The notes below the pieces were generated by a model. It had not been told where the DNA came from. It searched no databases and was given only the letters and a program-made list of their open reading frames with translations. Both the position numbers and the translations under genes were made by a program. Source: Eledone cirrhosa (taxonomy: Eukaryota). Taken from it: a stretch of DNA of 64,000 bases. Numbering within the stretch: position 1 is the stretch's first letter; each line of letters opens with the position of its first letter. Shown here piece by piece: positions 26,201-41,003 of this stretch. The stretch spans positions 6,001 through 70,000 of the forward strand of contig CAXHJY010001253.1 of assembly GCA_964016885.1 (NCBI GenBank), read 5' to 3'.

Positions 26201-29200
26201 GAGTTCAATGTAAACTAACTTACGCTCAACGACTTTGTTGACGTTTAACACGGTTTGGTTCCACAGCCACAACTATTGATTTTAAGGAGATATCTTGCTG
26301 AAATTCACGCCACACATAGCCAATGAGTGTCTGCACATGTACCAGTAATTACAGATCGATCCGACCACGGGCGGCCAGCCCGCGATTGAAAAGGTAACTC
26401 CGCCGGCAAATCGTCATTTTTGGATTCGTTTTCTTCGAAGCACACCATTCGCCGGCGGACTTTGTTGACGTTTAACACGGTTTGGTTCCACAGCCACAAC
26501 TATTGATTTTAAGGAGATATCTTGCTGAAATTCACGCCACACATAGCCAATGAGTGTCTGCACATGTACCAGTAATTACAGATCGATCCGACCAGGGGCG
26601 GCCGGCCCGCGATTGAAAAGGTAACTCCGCCGGCAAATCGTCATTTTTGGATTCGTTTTCTTGGAAGCACACCATTCGCCGGCGGACTTTGTTGACGTTT
26701 AACACGGTTTGGTTCCACAGCCACAACTATTGATTTTAAGGAGATATCTTGCTGAAATTCACGCCACACATAGCCAATGAGTGTCTGCACATGTACCAGT
26801 AATTACAGATCGATCCGACCACGGGCGGCCGGCCCGCGATTGAAAAAGTAACTCCGCCGGCAAATCGTCATTTTTGTGATCCGTTTTCTTCGAAGCACAC
26901 CATTCGCCGCCGGACTTCAGCTGCCTCATTTAGCATGGGCTGTTTTTTTTGAAAATCACACCACACACAACCAATGTGTGTCTGCACATGTACCAGTAAT
27001 TACAGATCGATCCCCCCACGGGCGGCCGGCCCACAATCGAAAAGGTTACTCCGCCTGCAAATCGTCATTTTCGGATTCGTTTTCTTCGAAGCACACCATT
27101 CGCCGGCGGACTTCAGCTGCCTCATTTAGCATGGGCAGTTTTTCTTGAAGATCACACCACACACAGCCAATGAGTGTCTGCACATGTACCAGTAATTAGA
27201 GATCGATCCGACCACGGGCGGCCGGCCCACGATCGAGAAAAAGGTAACTCCGCCGGCAAATCGTCATTTTTGTGATCCGTTTTCTTCGAAGCACACCATT
27301 CGCCGCCGGACTTCAGCTGCCTCATTTAGCATGGGCAGTTTTTTTTGAAAATCACACCACACACAACCAATGTGTGTCTGCACATGTACCAGTAATTACA
27401 GATCGATCTGACCACGGGCGGCCGGCCCGCGATTGAAAAGGTAACTCCGCCGGCAAATCGTCATTTTTGTGATTCGTTTTCTTCGAAGCACACCATTCGC
27501 CGCCGGACTTCAGCTGCCTCATTTAGCATGGGCAGTTTTTTTTGAAAATCATACCACACACAACCAATGTGTGTCTGCACATGTACCAGTAATTACAGAT
27601 CGATCCCACCACGAGTTCAATGTAAACAAACTTACGCTCAACGACTTTGTTGACGTTTAACACGGTTTGGTTCCACAGCCACAACTATTGATTTTACGGA
27701 GATATCTTGCTGAAATTCACGCCACACATAGCCAATGAGTGTCTGCACATGTACCAGTAATTACAGATCGATCCGACCACAGGCGGCCGGCCCGCGATTG
27801 AAAAGGTAACTCCGCCGGCAAATCGTCATTTTTGGATTCGTTTTCTTCGAAGCACACCATTCGCCGGCGGACTTTGTTGACGTTTAACACGGTTTGGTTC
27901 CACAGCCACAACTATTGATTTTACGGAGATATCTTGCTGAAATTCACGCCACACATAGCCAATGAGTGTCTGCACATGTACCAGTAATTACAGATCGATC
28001 CGACCAGGGGCGGCCGGCCCGCGATTGAAAAGGTAACTCCGCCGGCAAATCGTCATTTTTGGATTCGTTTTCTTCGAAGCACACCATTCGCCGGCGGACT
28101 TTGTTGACGTTTAACACGGTTTGGTTCCACAGCCACAACTATTGATTTTAAGGAGATATCTTGCTGAAATTCACGCCACACATAGCCAATGAGTGTCTGC
28201 ACATGTACCAGTAATTACAGATCGATCCGACCAGGGGCGGCCGGCCCGCGATTGAAAAGGTAACTCCGCCGGCAAATCGTCATTTTTGTGATTCGTTTTC
28301 TTCGAAGCACACCATTCGCCGGCGGACTTTGTTGACGTTTAACACGGTTTGGTTCCACAGCCACAACTATTGATTTTAAGGAGATATCTTGCTGAAATTC
28401 ACGCCACACATAGCCAATGAGTGTCTGCATATGTACCAGTAATTACAGATCGATCCGACCACGGACGGCCGGCCCGCGATTGAAAAGGTAACTCCGCCGG
28501 CAAATCGTCATTTTCGGATTCGTTTTCTTCGAAGCACACCATTCGCCGGCGGACTTCAGCTGCCTCATTTAGCATGGGCAGTTTTTCTTGAAGATCACAC
28601 CACACACAGCCAATGAGTGTCTGCACATGTACCAGTAATTACAGATGGATCCCACCACGGGCGGCCGGCCCACAATCGAAAAGGTTACTCCGCCTGCAAA
28701 TCGTCATTTTCGGATTCGTTTTCTTCGAAGCACACCATTCGCCGGCGGACTTCAGCTGCCTCATTTAGCATGGGCAGTTTTTCTTGAAGATCACACCACA
28801 CACAGCCAATGAGTGTCTGCACATGTACCAGTAATTAGAGATCGATCCGACCACGGGCGGCCGGCCCACGATCGAGAAAAAGGTAACTCCGCCGGCAAAT
28901 CGTCATTTTTGTGATCCGTTTTCTTCGAAGCACACCATTCGCCGCCGGACTTCAGCTGCCTCATTTAGCATGGGCAGTTTTTTTTGAAAATCACACCACA
29001 CACAACCAATGTGTGTCTGCACATGTACCAGTAATTACAGATCGATCCGACCACGGGCGGCCGGCCCGCGATTGAAAAGGTAACTCCGCCGGCAAATCGT
29101 CATTTTTGTGATTCGTTTTCTTCGAAGCACACCATTCGCCGCCGGACTTCAGCTGCCTCATTTAACATGGGCAGTTTTTTTTTAAAATCACACCACATAC

Positions 29201-32200
29201 AACCAATGTGTGTCTGCACATGTACCAGTAATTACAGATCGATCCCACCACGGGCGGCCGGCCCACAATCGAAAAGGTTACTCCGCCTGCAAATCGTCAT
29301 TTTCGGATTCGTTTTCTTCGAAGCACACCATTCGCCGCCGGACTTCAGCTGCCTCATTTAGCATGGGCAGTTTTTCTTGAAGATCACACCACACACAGCC
29401 AATGAGTGTCTGCACATGTACCAGTAATTAGAGATCGATCCGACCACGGGCGGCCGGCCCACGATCGAGAAAAAGGTAACTCCGCCGGCAAATCGTCATT
29501 TTTGTGATCCGTTTTCTTCGAAGCACACCATTCGCCGCCGGACTTCAGCTGCCTCATTTAGCATGGGCAGTTTTTTTTGAAAATCACACCACACACAACC
29601 AATGTGTTTCTGCACATGTACCAGTAATTACAGATCGATCCCACCACGAGTTCAATGTAAACTAACTTACGCTCAACGACTTTGTTGACGTTTAACACGG
29701 TTTGGTTCCACAGCCACAACTATTGATTTTAAGGAGATATCTTGCTGAAATTCACGCCACACATAGCCAATGAGTGTCTGCACATGTACCAGTAATTACA
29801 GATCGATCCGACCACGGGCGGCCAGCCCGCGATTGAAAAGGTAACTCCGCCGGCAAATCGTCATTTTTGGATTCGTTTTCTTCGAAGCACACCATTCGCC
29901 GGCGGACTTTGTTGACGTTTAACACGGTTTGGTTCCACAGCCACAACTATTGATTTTAAGGAGATATCTTGCTGAAATTCACGCCACACATAGCCAATGA
30001 GTGTCTGCACATGTACCAGTAATTACAGATCGATCCGACCAGGGGCGGCCGGCCCGCGATTGAAAAGTAACTCCGCCGGCAAATCGTCATTTTTGGATTC
30101 GTTTTCTTGGAAGCACACCATTCGCCGGCGGACTTTGTTGACGTTTAACACGGTTTGGTTCCACAGCCACAACTATTGATTTTAAGGAGATATCTTGCTG
30201 AAATTCACGCCACACATAGCCAATGAGTGTCTGCACATGTACCAGTAATTACAGATCGATCCGACCACGGGCGGCCGGCCCGCGATTGAAAAAGTAACTC
30301 CGCCGGCAAATCGTCATTTTTGTGATCCGTTTTCTTCGAAGCACACCATTCGCCGCCGGACTTCAGCTGCCTCATTTAGCATGGGCTGTTTTTTTTGAAA
30401 ATCACACCACACACAACCAATGTGTGTCTGCACATGTACCAGTAATTACAGATCGATCCCCCCACGGGCGGCCGGCCCACAATCGAAAAGGTTACTCCGC
30501 CTGCAAATCGTCATTTTCGGATTCGTTTTCTTCGAAGCACACCATTCGCCGGCGGACTTCAGCTGCCTCATTTAGCATGGGCAGTTTTTCTTGAAGATCA
30601 CACCACACACAGCCAATGAGTGTCTGCACATGTACCAGTAATTAGAGATCGATCCGACCACGGGCGGCCGGCCCACGATCGAGAAAAAGGTAACTCCGCC
30701 GGCAAATCGTCATTTTTGTGATCCGTTTTCTTCGAAGCACACCATTCGCCGCCGGACTTCAGCTGCCTCATTTAGCATGGGCAGTTTTTTTTGAAAATCA
30801 CACCACACACAACCAATGTGTTTCTGCACATGTACCAGTAATTACAGATCGATCCCACCACGAGTTCAATGTAAACTAACTTACGCTCAACGACTTTGTT
30901 GACGTTTAACACGGTTTGGTTCCACAGCCACAACTATTGATTTTAAGGAGATATCTTGCTGAAATTCACGCCACACATAGCCAATGAGTGTCTGCACATG
31001 TACCAGTAATTACAGATCGATCCGACCACGGGCGGCCAGCCCGCGATTGAAAAGGTAACTCCGCCGGCAAATCGTCATTTTTGGATTCGTTTTCTTCGAA
31101 GCACACCATTCGCCGGCGGACTTTGTTGACGTTTAACACGGTTTGGTTCCACAGCCACAACTATTGATTTTAAGGAGATATCTTGCTGAAATTCACGCCA
31201 CACATAGCCAATGAGTGTCTGCACATGTACCAGTAATTACAGATCGATCCGACCAGGGGCGGCCGGCCCGCGATTGAAAAGGTAACTCCGCCGGCAAATC
31301 GTCATTTTTGGATTCGTTTTCTTGGAAGCACACCATTCGCCGGCGGACTTTGTTGACGTTTAACACGGTTTGGTTCCACAGCCACAACTATTGATTTTAA
31401 GGAGATATCTTGCTGAAATTCACGCCACACATAGCCAATGAGTGTCTGCACATGTACCAGTAATTACAGATCGATCCGACCACGGGCGGCCGGCCCGCGA
31501 TTGAAAAAGTAACTCCGCCGGCAAATCGTCATTTTTGTGATCCGTTTTCTTCGAAGCACACCATTCGCCGCCGGACTTCAGCTGCCTCATTTAGCATGGG
31601 CTGTTTTTTTTGAAAATCACACCACACACAACCAATGTGTGTCTGCACATGTACCAGTAATTACAGATCGATCCCCCCACGGGCGGCCGGCCCACAATCG
31701 AAAAGGTTACTCCGCCTGCAAATCGTCATTTTCGGATTCGTTTTCTTCGAAGCACACCATTCGCCGGCGGACTTCAGCTGCCTCATTTAGCATGGGCAGT
31801 TTTTCTTGAAGATCACACCACACACAGCCAATGAGTGTCTGCACATGTACCAGTAATTAGAGATCGATCCGACCACGGGCGGCCGGCCCACGATCGAGAA
31901 AAAGGTAACTCCGCCGGCAAATCGTCATTTTTGTGATCCGTTTTCTTCGAAGCACACCATTCGCCGCCGGACTTCAGCTGCCTCATTTAGCATGGGCAGT
32001 TTTTTTTGAAAATCACACCACACACAACCAATGTGTGTCTGCACATGTACCAGTAATTACAGATCGATCTGACCACGGGCGGCCGGCCCGCGATTGAAAA
32101 GGTAACTCCGCCGGCAAATCGTCATTTTTGTGATTCGTTTTCTTCGAAGCACACCATTCGCCGCCGGACTTCAGCTGCCTCATTTAGCATGGGCAGTTTT

Positions 32201-32377
32201 TTTTGAAAATCATACCACACACAACCAATGTGTGTCTGCACATGTACCAGTAATTACAGATCGATCCCACCACGAGTTCAATGTAAACAAACTTACGCTC
32301 AACGACTTTGTTGACGTTTAACACGGTTTGGTTCCACAGCCACAACTATTGATTTTACGGAGATATCTTGCTGAAAT
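23282..32377. repeat. Direct duplication of a ~4.43-kb block (23282-27716 and 27944-32377) separated by one A monomer; period 4662/4661 bp
   Basis: Offsets 23282->27944, 23737->28399, 25090->29752 (+4662), then 25661->30322, 27469->32130 (+4661) after a 1-bp deletion near 30066. Confidence 0.93.
25090..27716. repeat. 1215-bp higher-order repeat (A-A-B-B-B-C); second copy carries one extra B monomer; repeated again at 29752-32377
   Basis: 25090->26305, 25317->26532, 25661->26876 (+1215); 227+227+197+196+200+168 = 1215. Confidence 0.92.
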
Positions 32378-35300
32378 TCACGCCACCCATAGCCAATGAG
32401 TGTCTGCACATGTACCAGTAATTACAGATCGATCCGACCACGGGCGGCCGGCCCGCGATTGAAAAGGTAACTCCGCCGGCAAATCGTCATTTTTGGATTC
32501 GTTTTCTTCGAAGCACACCATTCGCCGGCGGACTTTGCTGACGTTTAACACGGTTTGGTTCCACAGCCACAACTATTGATTTTACGGAGATATCTTGCTG
32601 AAATTCACGCCACACATAGCCAATGAGTGTCTGCACATGTACCAGTAATTACAGATCGATCCGACCACAGGCGGCCGGCCCGCGATTGAAAAGGTAACTC
32701 CGCCGGCAAATCGTCATTTTTGGATTCGTTTTCTTCGAAGCACACCATTCGCCGGCGGACTTTGTTGACGTTTAACACGGTTTGGTTCCACAGCCACAAC
32801 TATTGATTTTACGGAGATATCTTGCTGAAATTCACGCCACCCATAGCCAATGAGTGTCTGCACATGTACCAGTAATTACAGATCGATACGACCACGGGCG
32901 GCCGGCCCGCGATTGAAAAGGTAACTCCGCCGGCAAATCGTCATTTTTGGATTCGTTTTCTTCGAAGCACACCATTCGCCGGCGGACTTTGCTGACGTTT
33001 AACACGGTTTGGTTCCACAGCCACAACTATTGATTTTACGGAGATATCTTGCTGAAATTCACGCCACCCATAGCCAATGAGTGTCTGCACATGTACCAGT
33101 AATTACAGATCGATCCGACCACGGGCGGCCGGCCCGCGATTGAAAAGGTAACTCCGCCGGCAAATCGTCATTTTTGGATTCGTTTTCTTCGAAGCACACC
33201 ATTCGCCGGCGGACTTTGTTGACGTTTAACACGGTTTGGTTCCACAGCCACAACTATTGATTTTACGGAGATATCTTGCTGAAATTCACGCCACCCATAG
33301 CCAATGAGTGTCTGCACATGTACCAGTAATTACAGATCGATCCGACCACGGGCGGCCGGCCCGCGATTGAAAAGGTAACTCCGCCGGCAAATCGTCATTT
33401 TTGGATTCGTTTTCTTCGAAGCACACCATTCGCCGGCGGACTTTGCTGACGTTTAACACGGTTTGGTTCCACAGCCACAACTATTGATTTTACGGAGATA
33501 TCTTGCTGAAATTCACGCCACCCATAGCCAATGAGTGTCTGCACATGTACCAGTAATTACAGATCGATCCGACCACGGGCGGCCGGGCCGTGATTGAAAA
33601 GGTAACTCCGCCGGCAAATCGTCATTTTTGGATTCGTTTTCTTCGAAGCACACCATTCGCCGGCGGACTTTGTTGACGTTTAACACGGTTTGGTTCCACA
33701 GCCACAACTATTGATTTTACGGAGATATCTTGCTGAAATTCACGCCACCCATAGCCAATGAGTGTCTGCACATGTACCAGTAATTACAGATCGACCCGAC
33801 CACGGGCGGCCGGCCCGCGATTGAAAAGGTAACTCCGCCGGCAAATCGTCATTTTTGGATTCGTTTTCTTCGAAGCACACCATTCGCCGGCGGACTTTGC
33901 TGACGTTTAACACGGTTTGGTTCCACAGCCACAACTATTGATTTTACGGAGATATCTTGCTGAAATTCACGCCACACATAGCCAATGAGTGTCTGCACAT
34001 GTACCAGTAATTACAGATCGATCCGACCACGGGCGGCCGGCCCGCGATTGAAAAGGTAACTCCGCCGGCAAATCGTCATTTTTGGATTCGTTTTCTTCGA
34101 AGCACACCATTCGCCGGCGGACTTTGTTGACGTTTAACACGGTTTGGTTCCACAGCCACAACTATTGATTTTACGGAGATATCTTGCTGAAATTCACGCC
34201 ACACATAGCCAATGAGTGTCTGCACATGTACCAGTAATTACAGATCGATCCGACCACGGGCGGCCGGCCCGCGATTGAAAAGGTAACTCCGCCGGCAAAT
34301 CGTCATTTTTGGATTCGTTTTCTTCGAAGCACACCATTCGCCGGCGGACTTTGTTGACGTTTAACACGGTTTGGTTCCACAGCCACAACTATTGATTTTA
34401 CGGAGATATCTTGCTGAAATTCACGCCACCCATAGCCAATGAGTGTCTGCACATGTACCAGTAATTACAGATCGATCCGACCACGGGCGGCCGGCCCGCG
34501 ATTGAAAAGGTAACTCCGCCGGCAAATCGTCATTTTTGGATTCGTTTTCTTCGAAGCACACCATTCGCCGGCGGACTTTGCTGACGTTTAACACGGTTTG
34601 GTTCCACAGCCACAACTATTGATTTTACGGAGATATCTTGCTGAAATTCACGCCACACATAGCCAATGAGTGTCTGCACATGTACCAGTAATTACAGATC
34701 GATCCGACCACAGGCGGCCGGCCCGCGATTGAAAAGGTAACTCCGCCGGCAAATCGTCATTTTTGGATTCGTTTTCTTCGAAGCACACCATTCGCCGGCG
34801 GACTTTGTTGACGTTTAACACGGTTTGGTTCCACAGCCACAACTATTGATTTTACGGAGATATCTTGCTGAAATTCACGCCACCCATAGCCAATGAGTGT
34901 CTGCACATGTACCAGTAATTACAGATCGATACGACCACGGGCGGCCGGCCCGCGATTGAAAAGGTAACTCCGCCGGCAAATCGTCATTTTTGGATTCGTT
35001 TTCTTCGAAGCACACCATTCGCCGGCGGACTTTGCTGACGTTTAACACGGTTTGGTTCCACAGCCACAACTATTGATTTTACGGAGATATCTTGCTGAAA
35101 TTCACGCCACCCATAGCCAATGAGTGTCTGCACATGTACCAGTAATTACAGATCGATCCGACCACGGGCGGCCGGCCCGCGATTGAAAAGGTAACTCCGC
35201 CGGCAAATCGTCATTTTTGGATTCGTTTTCTTCGAAGCACACCATTCGCCGGCGGACTTTGTTGACGTTTAACACGGTTTGGTTCCACAGCCACAACTAT

Positions 35301-36463
35301 TGATTTTACGGAGATATCTTGCTGAAATTCACGCCACCCATAGCCAATGAGTGTCTGCACATGTACCAGTAATTACAGATCGATCCGACCACGGGCGGCC
35401 GGCCCGCGATTGAAAAGGTAACTCCGCCGGCAAATCGTCATTTTTGGATTCGTTTTCTTCGAAGCACACCATTCGCCGGCGGACTTTGCTGACGTTTAAC
35501 ACGGTTTGGTTCCACAGCCACAACTATTGATTTTACGGAGATATCTTGCTGAAATTCACGCCACCCATAGCCAATGAGTGTCTGCACATGTACCAGTAAT
35601 TACAGATCGATCCGACCACGGGCGGCCGGGCCGTGATTGAAAAGGTAACTCCGCCGGCAAATCGTCATTTTTGGATTCGTTTTCTTCGAAGCACACCATT
35701 CGCCGGCGGACTTTGTTGACGTTTAACACGGTTTGGTTCCACAGCCACAACTATTGATTTTACGGAGATATCTTGCTGAAATTCACGCCACCCATAGCCA
35801 ATGAGTGTCTGCACATGTACCAGTAATTACAGATCGACCCGACCACGGGCGGCCGGCCCGCGATTGAAAAGGTAACTCCGCCGGCAAATCGTCATTTTTG
35901 GATTCGTTTTCTTCGAAGCACACCATTCGCCGGCGGACTTTGCTGACGTTTAACACGGTTTGGTTCCACAGCCACAACTATTGATTTTACGGAGATATCT
36001 TGCTGAAATTCACGCCACACATAGCCAATGAGTGTCTGCACATGTACCAGTAATTACAGATCGATCCGACCACGGGCGGCCGGCCCGCGATTGAAAAGGT
36101 AACTCCGCCGGCAAATCGTCATTTTTGGATTCGTTTTCTTCGAAGCACACCATTCGCCGGCGGACTTTGTTGACGTTTAACACGGTTTGGTTCCACAGCC
36201 ACAACTATTGATTTTACGGAGATATCTTGCTGAAATTCACGCCACACATAGCCAATGAGTGTCTGCACATGTACCAGTAATTACAGATCGATCCGACCAC
36301 GGGCGGCCGGCCCGCGATTGAAAAGGTAACTCCGCCGGCAAATCGTCATTTTTGGATTCGTTTTCTTCGAAGCACACCATTCGCCGGCGGACTTTGTTGA
36401 CGTTTAACACGGTTTGGTTCCACAGCCACAACTATTGATTTTACGGAGATATCTTGCTGAAAT
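32378..36463. repeat. Two tandem copies of a 9-mer (2043 bp) of A monomers
   Basis: 32605->34648 (CCACAGG), 32832->34875 (GATACG), 33513->35556, 33740->35783. Confidence 0.88.
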
Positions 36464-39187
36464 TCACGCCACACATAGCCAATGAGTGTCTGCACATGTA
36501 CCAGTAATTATAGATCGATCCGACCACGGGCGGCCGGCCCGCGATTGAAAAGGTAACTCCGCCGGCAAATCGTCATTTTTGGATTCGTTTTCTTCGAAGC
36601 ACACCATTCGCCGGCGGACTTTGTTGACGTTTAACACGGTTTGGTTCCACAGCCACAACTATTGATTTTACGGAGATATCTTGCTGAAATTCACGCCACA
36701 CATAGCCAATGAGTGTCTGCACATGTACCAGTAATTACAGATCGATCCGACCACGGGCTGCCGGCCCGCGATTGAAAAGGTAACTCCGCCGGCAAATCGC
36801 CATTTTTGGATTCGTTTTCTTCGAAGCACACCATTCGCCGGCGGACTTTGTTGACGTTTAACACGGTTTGGTTCCACAGCCACAACTATTGATTTTACCG
36901 AGATATCTTGCTGAAATTCACGCCACACATAGCCAATGAGTGTCTGCACATGTACCAGTAATTACAGATCGATCCGACCACGGGCGGCCGGCCCGCGATT
37001 GAAAAGGTAACTCCGCCGGCAAATCGTCATTTTTGGATTCGTTTTCTTCGAAGCACACCATTCGCCGGCGGACTTTGCTGACGTTTAACACGGTTTGGTT
37101 CCACAGCCACAACTATTGATTTTACGGAGATATCTTGCTGAAATTCACGCCACACATAGCCAATGAGTGTCTGCACATGTACCAGTAATTACAGATCGAT
37201 CCGACCACGGGCGGCCGGCCCGCGATTGAAAAGGTAACTCCGCCGGCAAATCGTCATTTTTGGATTCGTTTTCTTCGAAGCACACCATTCGCCGGCGGAC
37301 TTTGTTGACGTTTAACACGGTTTGGTTCCACAGCCACAACTATTGATTTTACGGAGATATCTTGCTGAAATTCACGCCACACATAGCCAATGAGTGTCTG
37401 CACATGTACCAGTAATTACACATCGATCCGACCACGGGCGGCCGGGCCGTGATTGAAAAGGTAACTCCGCCGGCAAATCGTCATTTTTGGATTCGTTTTC
37501 TTCGAAGCACACCATTCGCCGGCGGACTTTGCTGACGTTTAACACGGTTTGGTTCCACAGCCACAACTATTGATTTTACGGAGATATCTTGCTGAAATTC
37601 ACGCCACACATAGCCAATGAGTGTCTGCACATGTACCAGTAATTACAGATCGATCCGACCACGGGCTGCCGGCCCGCGATTGAAAAGGTAACTCCGCCGG
37701 CAAATCGCCATTTTTGGATTCGTTTTCTTCGAAGCACACCATTCGCCGGCGGACTTTGTTGACGTTTAACACGGTTTGGTTCCACAGCCACAACTATTGA
37801 TTTTACCGAGATATCTTGCTGAAATTCACGCCACCCATAGCCAATGAGTGTCTGCACATGTACCAGTAATTACAGATCGATCCGACCACGGGCGGCCGGC
37901 CCGCGATTGAAAAGGTAACTCCGCCGGCAAATCGTCATTTTTGGATTCGTTTTCTTCGAAGCACACCATTCGCCGGCGGACTTTGCTGACGTTTAACACG
38001 GTTTGGTTCCACAGCCACAACTATTGATTTTACGGAGATATCTTGCTGAAATTCACGCCACCCATAGCCAATGAGTGTCTGCACATGTACCAGTAATTAC
38101 AGATCGATCCGACCACGGGCGGCCGGGCCGTGATTGAAAAGGTAACTCCGCCGGCAAATCGTCATTTTTGGATTCGTTTTCTTCGAAGCACACCATTCGC
38201 CGGCGGACTTTGTTGACGTTTAACACGGTTTGGTTCCACAGCCACAACTATTGATTTTACGGAGATATCTTGCTGAAATTCACGCCACCCATAGCCAATG
38301 AGTGTCTGCACATGTACCAGTAATTACAGATCGACCCGACCACGGGCGGCCGGCCCGCGATTGAAAAGGTAACTCCGCCGGCAAATCGTCATTTTTGGAT
38401 TCGTTTTCTTCGAAGCACACCATTCGCCGGCGGACTTTGCTGACGTTTAACACGGTTTGGTTCCACAGCCACAACTATTGATTTTACGGAGATATCTTGC
38501 TGAAATTCACGCCACACATAGCCAATGAGTGTCTGCACATGTACCAGTAATTACAGATCGATCCGACCACGGGCGGCCGGCCCGCGATTGAAAAGGTAAC
38601 TCCGCCGGCAAATCGTCATTTTTGGATTCGTTTTCTTCGAAGCACACCATTCGCCGGCGGACTTTGTTGACGTTTAACACGGTTTGGTTCCACAGCCACA
38701 ACTATTGATTTTACGGAGATATCTTGCTGAAATTCACGCCACACATAGCCAATGAGTGTCTGCACATGTACCAGTAATTACAGATCGATCCGACCACGGG
38801 CGGCCGGCCCGCGATTGAAAAGGTAACTCCGCCGGCAAATCGTCATTTTTGGATTCGTTTTCTTCGAAGCACACCATTCGCCGGCGGACTTTGTTGACGT
38901 TTAACACGGTTTGGTTCCACAGCCACAACTATTGATTTTACGGAGATATCTTGCTGAAATTCACGCCACACATAGCCAATGAGTGTCTGCACATGTACCA
39001 GTAATTATAGATCGATCCGACCACGGGCGGCCGGCCCGCGATTGAAAAGGTAACTCCGCCGGCAAATCGTCATTTTTGGATTCGTTTTCTTCGAAGCACA
39101 CCATTCGCCGGCGGACTTTGTTGACGTTTAACACGGTTTGGTTCCACAGCCACAACTATTGATTTTACGGAGATATCTTGCTGAAAT

Positions 39188-41003
39188 TCACGCCACACAT
39201 AGCCAATGAGTGTCTGCACATGTACCAGTAATTACAGATCGATCCGACCACGGGCTGCCGGCCCGCGATTGAAAAGGTAACTCCGCCGGCAAATCGCCAT
39301 TTTTGGATTCGTTTTCTTCGAAGCACACCATTCGCCGGCGGACTTTGTTGACGTTTAACACGGTTTGGTTCCACAGCCACAACTATTGATTTTACCGAGA
39401 TATCTTGCTGAAATTCACGCCACACATAGCCAATGAGTGTCTGCACATGTACCAGTAATTACAGATCGATCCGACCACGGGCGGCCGGCCCGCGATTGAA
39501 AAGGTAACTCCGCCGGCAAATCGTCATTTTTGGATTCGTTTTCTTCGAAGCACACCATTCGCCGGCGGACTTTGCTGACGTTTAACACGGTTTGGTTCCA
39601 CAGCCACAACTATTGATTTTACGGAGATATCTTGCTGAAATTCACGCCACACATAGCCAATGAGTGTCTGCACATGTACCAGTAATTACAGATCGATCCG
39701 ACCACGGGCGGCCGGCCCGCGATTGAAAAGGTAACTCCGCCGGCAAATCGTCATTTTTGGATTCGTTTTCTTCGAAGCACACCATTCGCCGGCGGACTTT
39801 GTTGACGTTTAACACGGTTTGGTTCCACAGCCACAACTATTGATTTTACGGAGATATCTTGCTGAAATTCACGCCACACATAGCCAATGAGTGTCTGCAC
39901 ATGTACCAGTAATTACACATCGATCCGACCACGGGCGGCCGGGCCGTGATTGAAAAGGTAACTCCGCCGGCAAATCGTCATTTTTGGATTCGTTTTCTTC
40001 GAAGCACACCATTCGCCGGCGGACTTTGCTGACGTTTAACACGGTTTGGTTCCACAGCCACAACTATTGATTTTACGGAGATATCTTGCTGAAATTCACG
40101 CCACACATAGCCAATGAGTGTCTGCACATGTACCAGTAATTACAGATCGATCCGACCACGGGCTGCCGGCCCGCGATTGAAAAGGTAACTCCGCCGGCAA
40201 ATCGCCATTTTTGGATTCGTTTTCTTCGAAGCACACCATTCGCCGGCGGACTTTGTTGACGTTTAACACGGTTTGGTTCCACAGCCACAACTATTGATTT
40301 TACCGAGATATCTTGCTGAAATTCACGCCACACATAGCCAATGAGTGTCTGCACATGTACCAGTAATTACAGATCGATCCGACCACGGGCGGCCGGCCCG
40401 CGATTGAAAAGGTAACTCCGCCGGCAAATCGTCATTTTTGGATTCGTTTTCTTCGAAGCACACCATTCGCCGGCGGACTTTGCTGACGTTTAACACGGTT
40501 TGGTTCCACAGCCACAACTATTGATTTTACGGAGATATCTTGCTGAAATTCACGCCACACATAGCCAATGAGTGTCTGCACATGTACCAGTAATTACAGA
40601 TCGATCCGACCACGGGCGGCCGGCCCGCGATTGAAAAGGTAACTCCGCCGGCAAATCGTCATTTTTGGATTCGTTTTCTTCGAAGCACACCATTCGCCGG
40701 CGGACTTTGTTGACGTTTAACACGGTTTGGTTCCACAGCCACAACTATTGATTTTACGGAGATATCTTGCTGAAATTCACGCCACACATAGCCAATGAGT
40801 GTCTGCACATGTACCAGTAATTACACATCGATCCGACCACGGGCGGCCGGGCCGTGATTGAAAAGGTAACTCCGCCGGCAAATCGTCATTTTTGGATTCG
40901 TTTTCTTCGAAGCACACCATTCGCCGGCGGACTTTGCTGACGTTTAACACGGTTTGGTTCCACAGCCACAACTATTGATTTTACGGAGATATCTTGCTGA
41001 AAT
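39188..41003. repeat. Two tandem copies of the same 4-mer (908 bp) seen at 9841-11656
   Basis: 39188->40096 and 39869->40777 carry the same diagnostic variants. Confidence 0.85.

Larger units (their letters stand above)
22326..32377. repeat. Mixed island 1: 30 B monomers (196-200 bp), 7 C monomers (168 bp) and 13 interspersed A monomers
   Basis: Tail B (CAGCTGCCTCATTTAGCATGGGCAGTTTTTTTTGAAAA) first appears at 22484-22521. Segment X (AGTTCAATGTAAACWAACTTACGCTCAAC) starts at 23179, 24987, 26202, 27614, 29649, 30863, 32275. Confidence 0.96.

Noticed and set aside
30061-30070. 1-bp deletion (GAAAAGTAAC) in one A monomer
   Set aside because: Single event next to a homopolymer; could be a sequencing or consensus error. 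Useful only as a marker.
22326-32377. CRISPR-like repeat/spacer or diversity-cassette array (constant head alternating with variable segments)
   Set aside because: Only two alternative middles and two alternative tails are reused many times. There are no unique spacers, no leader, and no cas, recombinase or reverse-transcriptase gene in the window.
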